A stretch of DNA of 55,892 nt, taken from positions 1 to 55,892 of the forward strand of contig CAZDMD010000001.1 of assembly GCA_964506805.1 (NCBI GenBank), read 5' to 3'. This document shows, piece by piece, positions 55,836-55,892 of this stretch (position 1 is its first letter; every line of letters begins with the position of its first letter). The translations under genes and the position numbers were made by a program. Source of the DNA: an uncultured Vampirovibrionales bacterium (GTDB taxonomy: Bacteria; Cyanobacteriota; Vampirovibrionia; Vampirovibrionales; JAJTHC01). The notes under the pieces were generated by a model that searched no databases, was not told where the DNA came from, and worked only from the letters and a program-made list of their open reading frames with translations.

Positions 55836-55892
55836 AATTATAGTCAATTAAATATATTCCCGTACAGTGCCTATACTTTGTCGCTACGATGA
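55836..55892 (-). repeat. Dispersed intergenic repeat (MITE-like), copy 5, inverted and cut by the window edge
   Basis: aattatagtc... and cctatactttgtcgctacgatga, which is the reverse complement of tcatcgtagcgacaaagtatagg (compare 51517-51537). Confidence 0.6.

Noticed and set aside
1-55892. CRISPR array or cas genes
   Set aside because: There are no regularly spaced direct repeats with unique spacers anywhere. The only tandem repeats are the 42-nt pair at 1715-1785, the lipoprotein coding repeat and the duplicated MITE end.

Overview
About 50 kb of this window (1-49872) is horizontally acquired DNA stacked against the 3' end of a tRNA-Ala(GGC) gene (49866-49941, minus strand). Only the last ~6 kb looks like ordinary chromosome: a glycosyltransferase-like ORF, a small lipoprotein, ribBA, ribH, an unknown ORF and tsaC/sua5.

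Left to right, the accessory part carries:
- a Type I R-M operon (hsdM, two embedded small genes, hsdS, a DUF3800 gene; no hsdR in view);
- a BcgI-like nuclease-methylase plus S-subunit pair;
- two small unknown genes and an Abi_2-type gene;
- a tight three-gene operon (unknown 238 aa / PLD-SNF2 helicase fusion / 1179-aa type IIG-like m6A methylase);
- umuDC;
- a 1744-aa DUF4011/Upf1-like helicase with a Vsr-like endonuclease tail (Hhe-like);
- a 1499-aa nuclease-STAND NTPase (Avs-like);
- a complete type 1 BREX (brxA-brxB-brxC-pglX-pglZ-brxL);
- a compact phage-like core next to the tRNA (LuxR-type HTH gene, ParB-methylase, DUF5681 TerS-like, TerL, DUF2924, large serine recombinase).

A 69-nt direct repeat that ends in the last nucleotides of the tRNA occurs at 7431-7499 and 49804-49872, with a shorter third remnant at 17293-17313. 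An 83-nt dead copy of the 5' end of the LuxR-type gene sits at 4057-4139. Together these indicate tandem, partly decayed islands of one family integrated at the same tRNA, with defence cargo exchanged at a fixed position.

The best candidates for something undescribed are (i) the 238-aa / PLD-SNF2 / methylase operon at 9811-17281, and (ii) the capsid-less TerS/TerL/ParB-methylase/serine-recombinase island core acting as a vehicle for about 35 kb of defence cargo. All functional calls come from motif recognition by eye; no database search was run.
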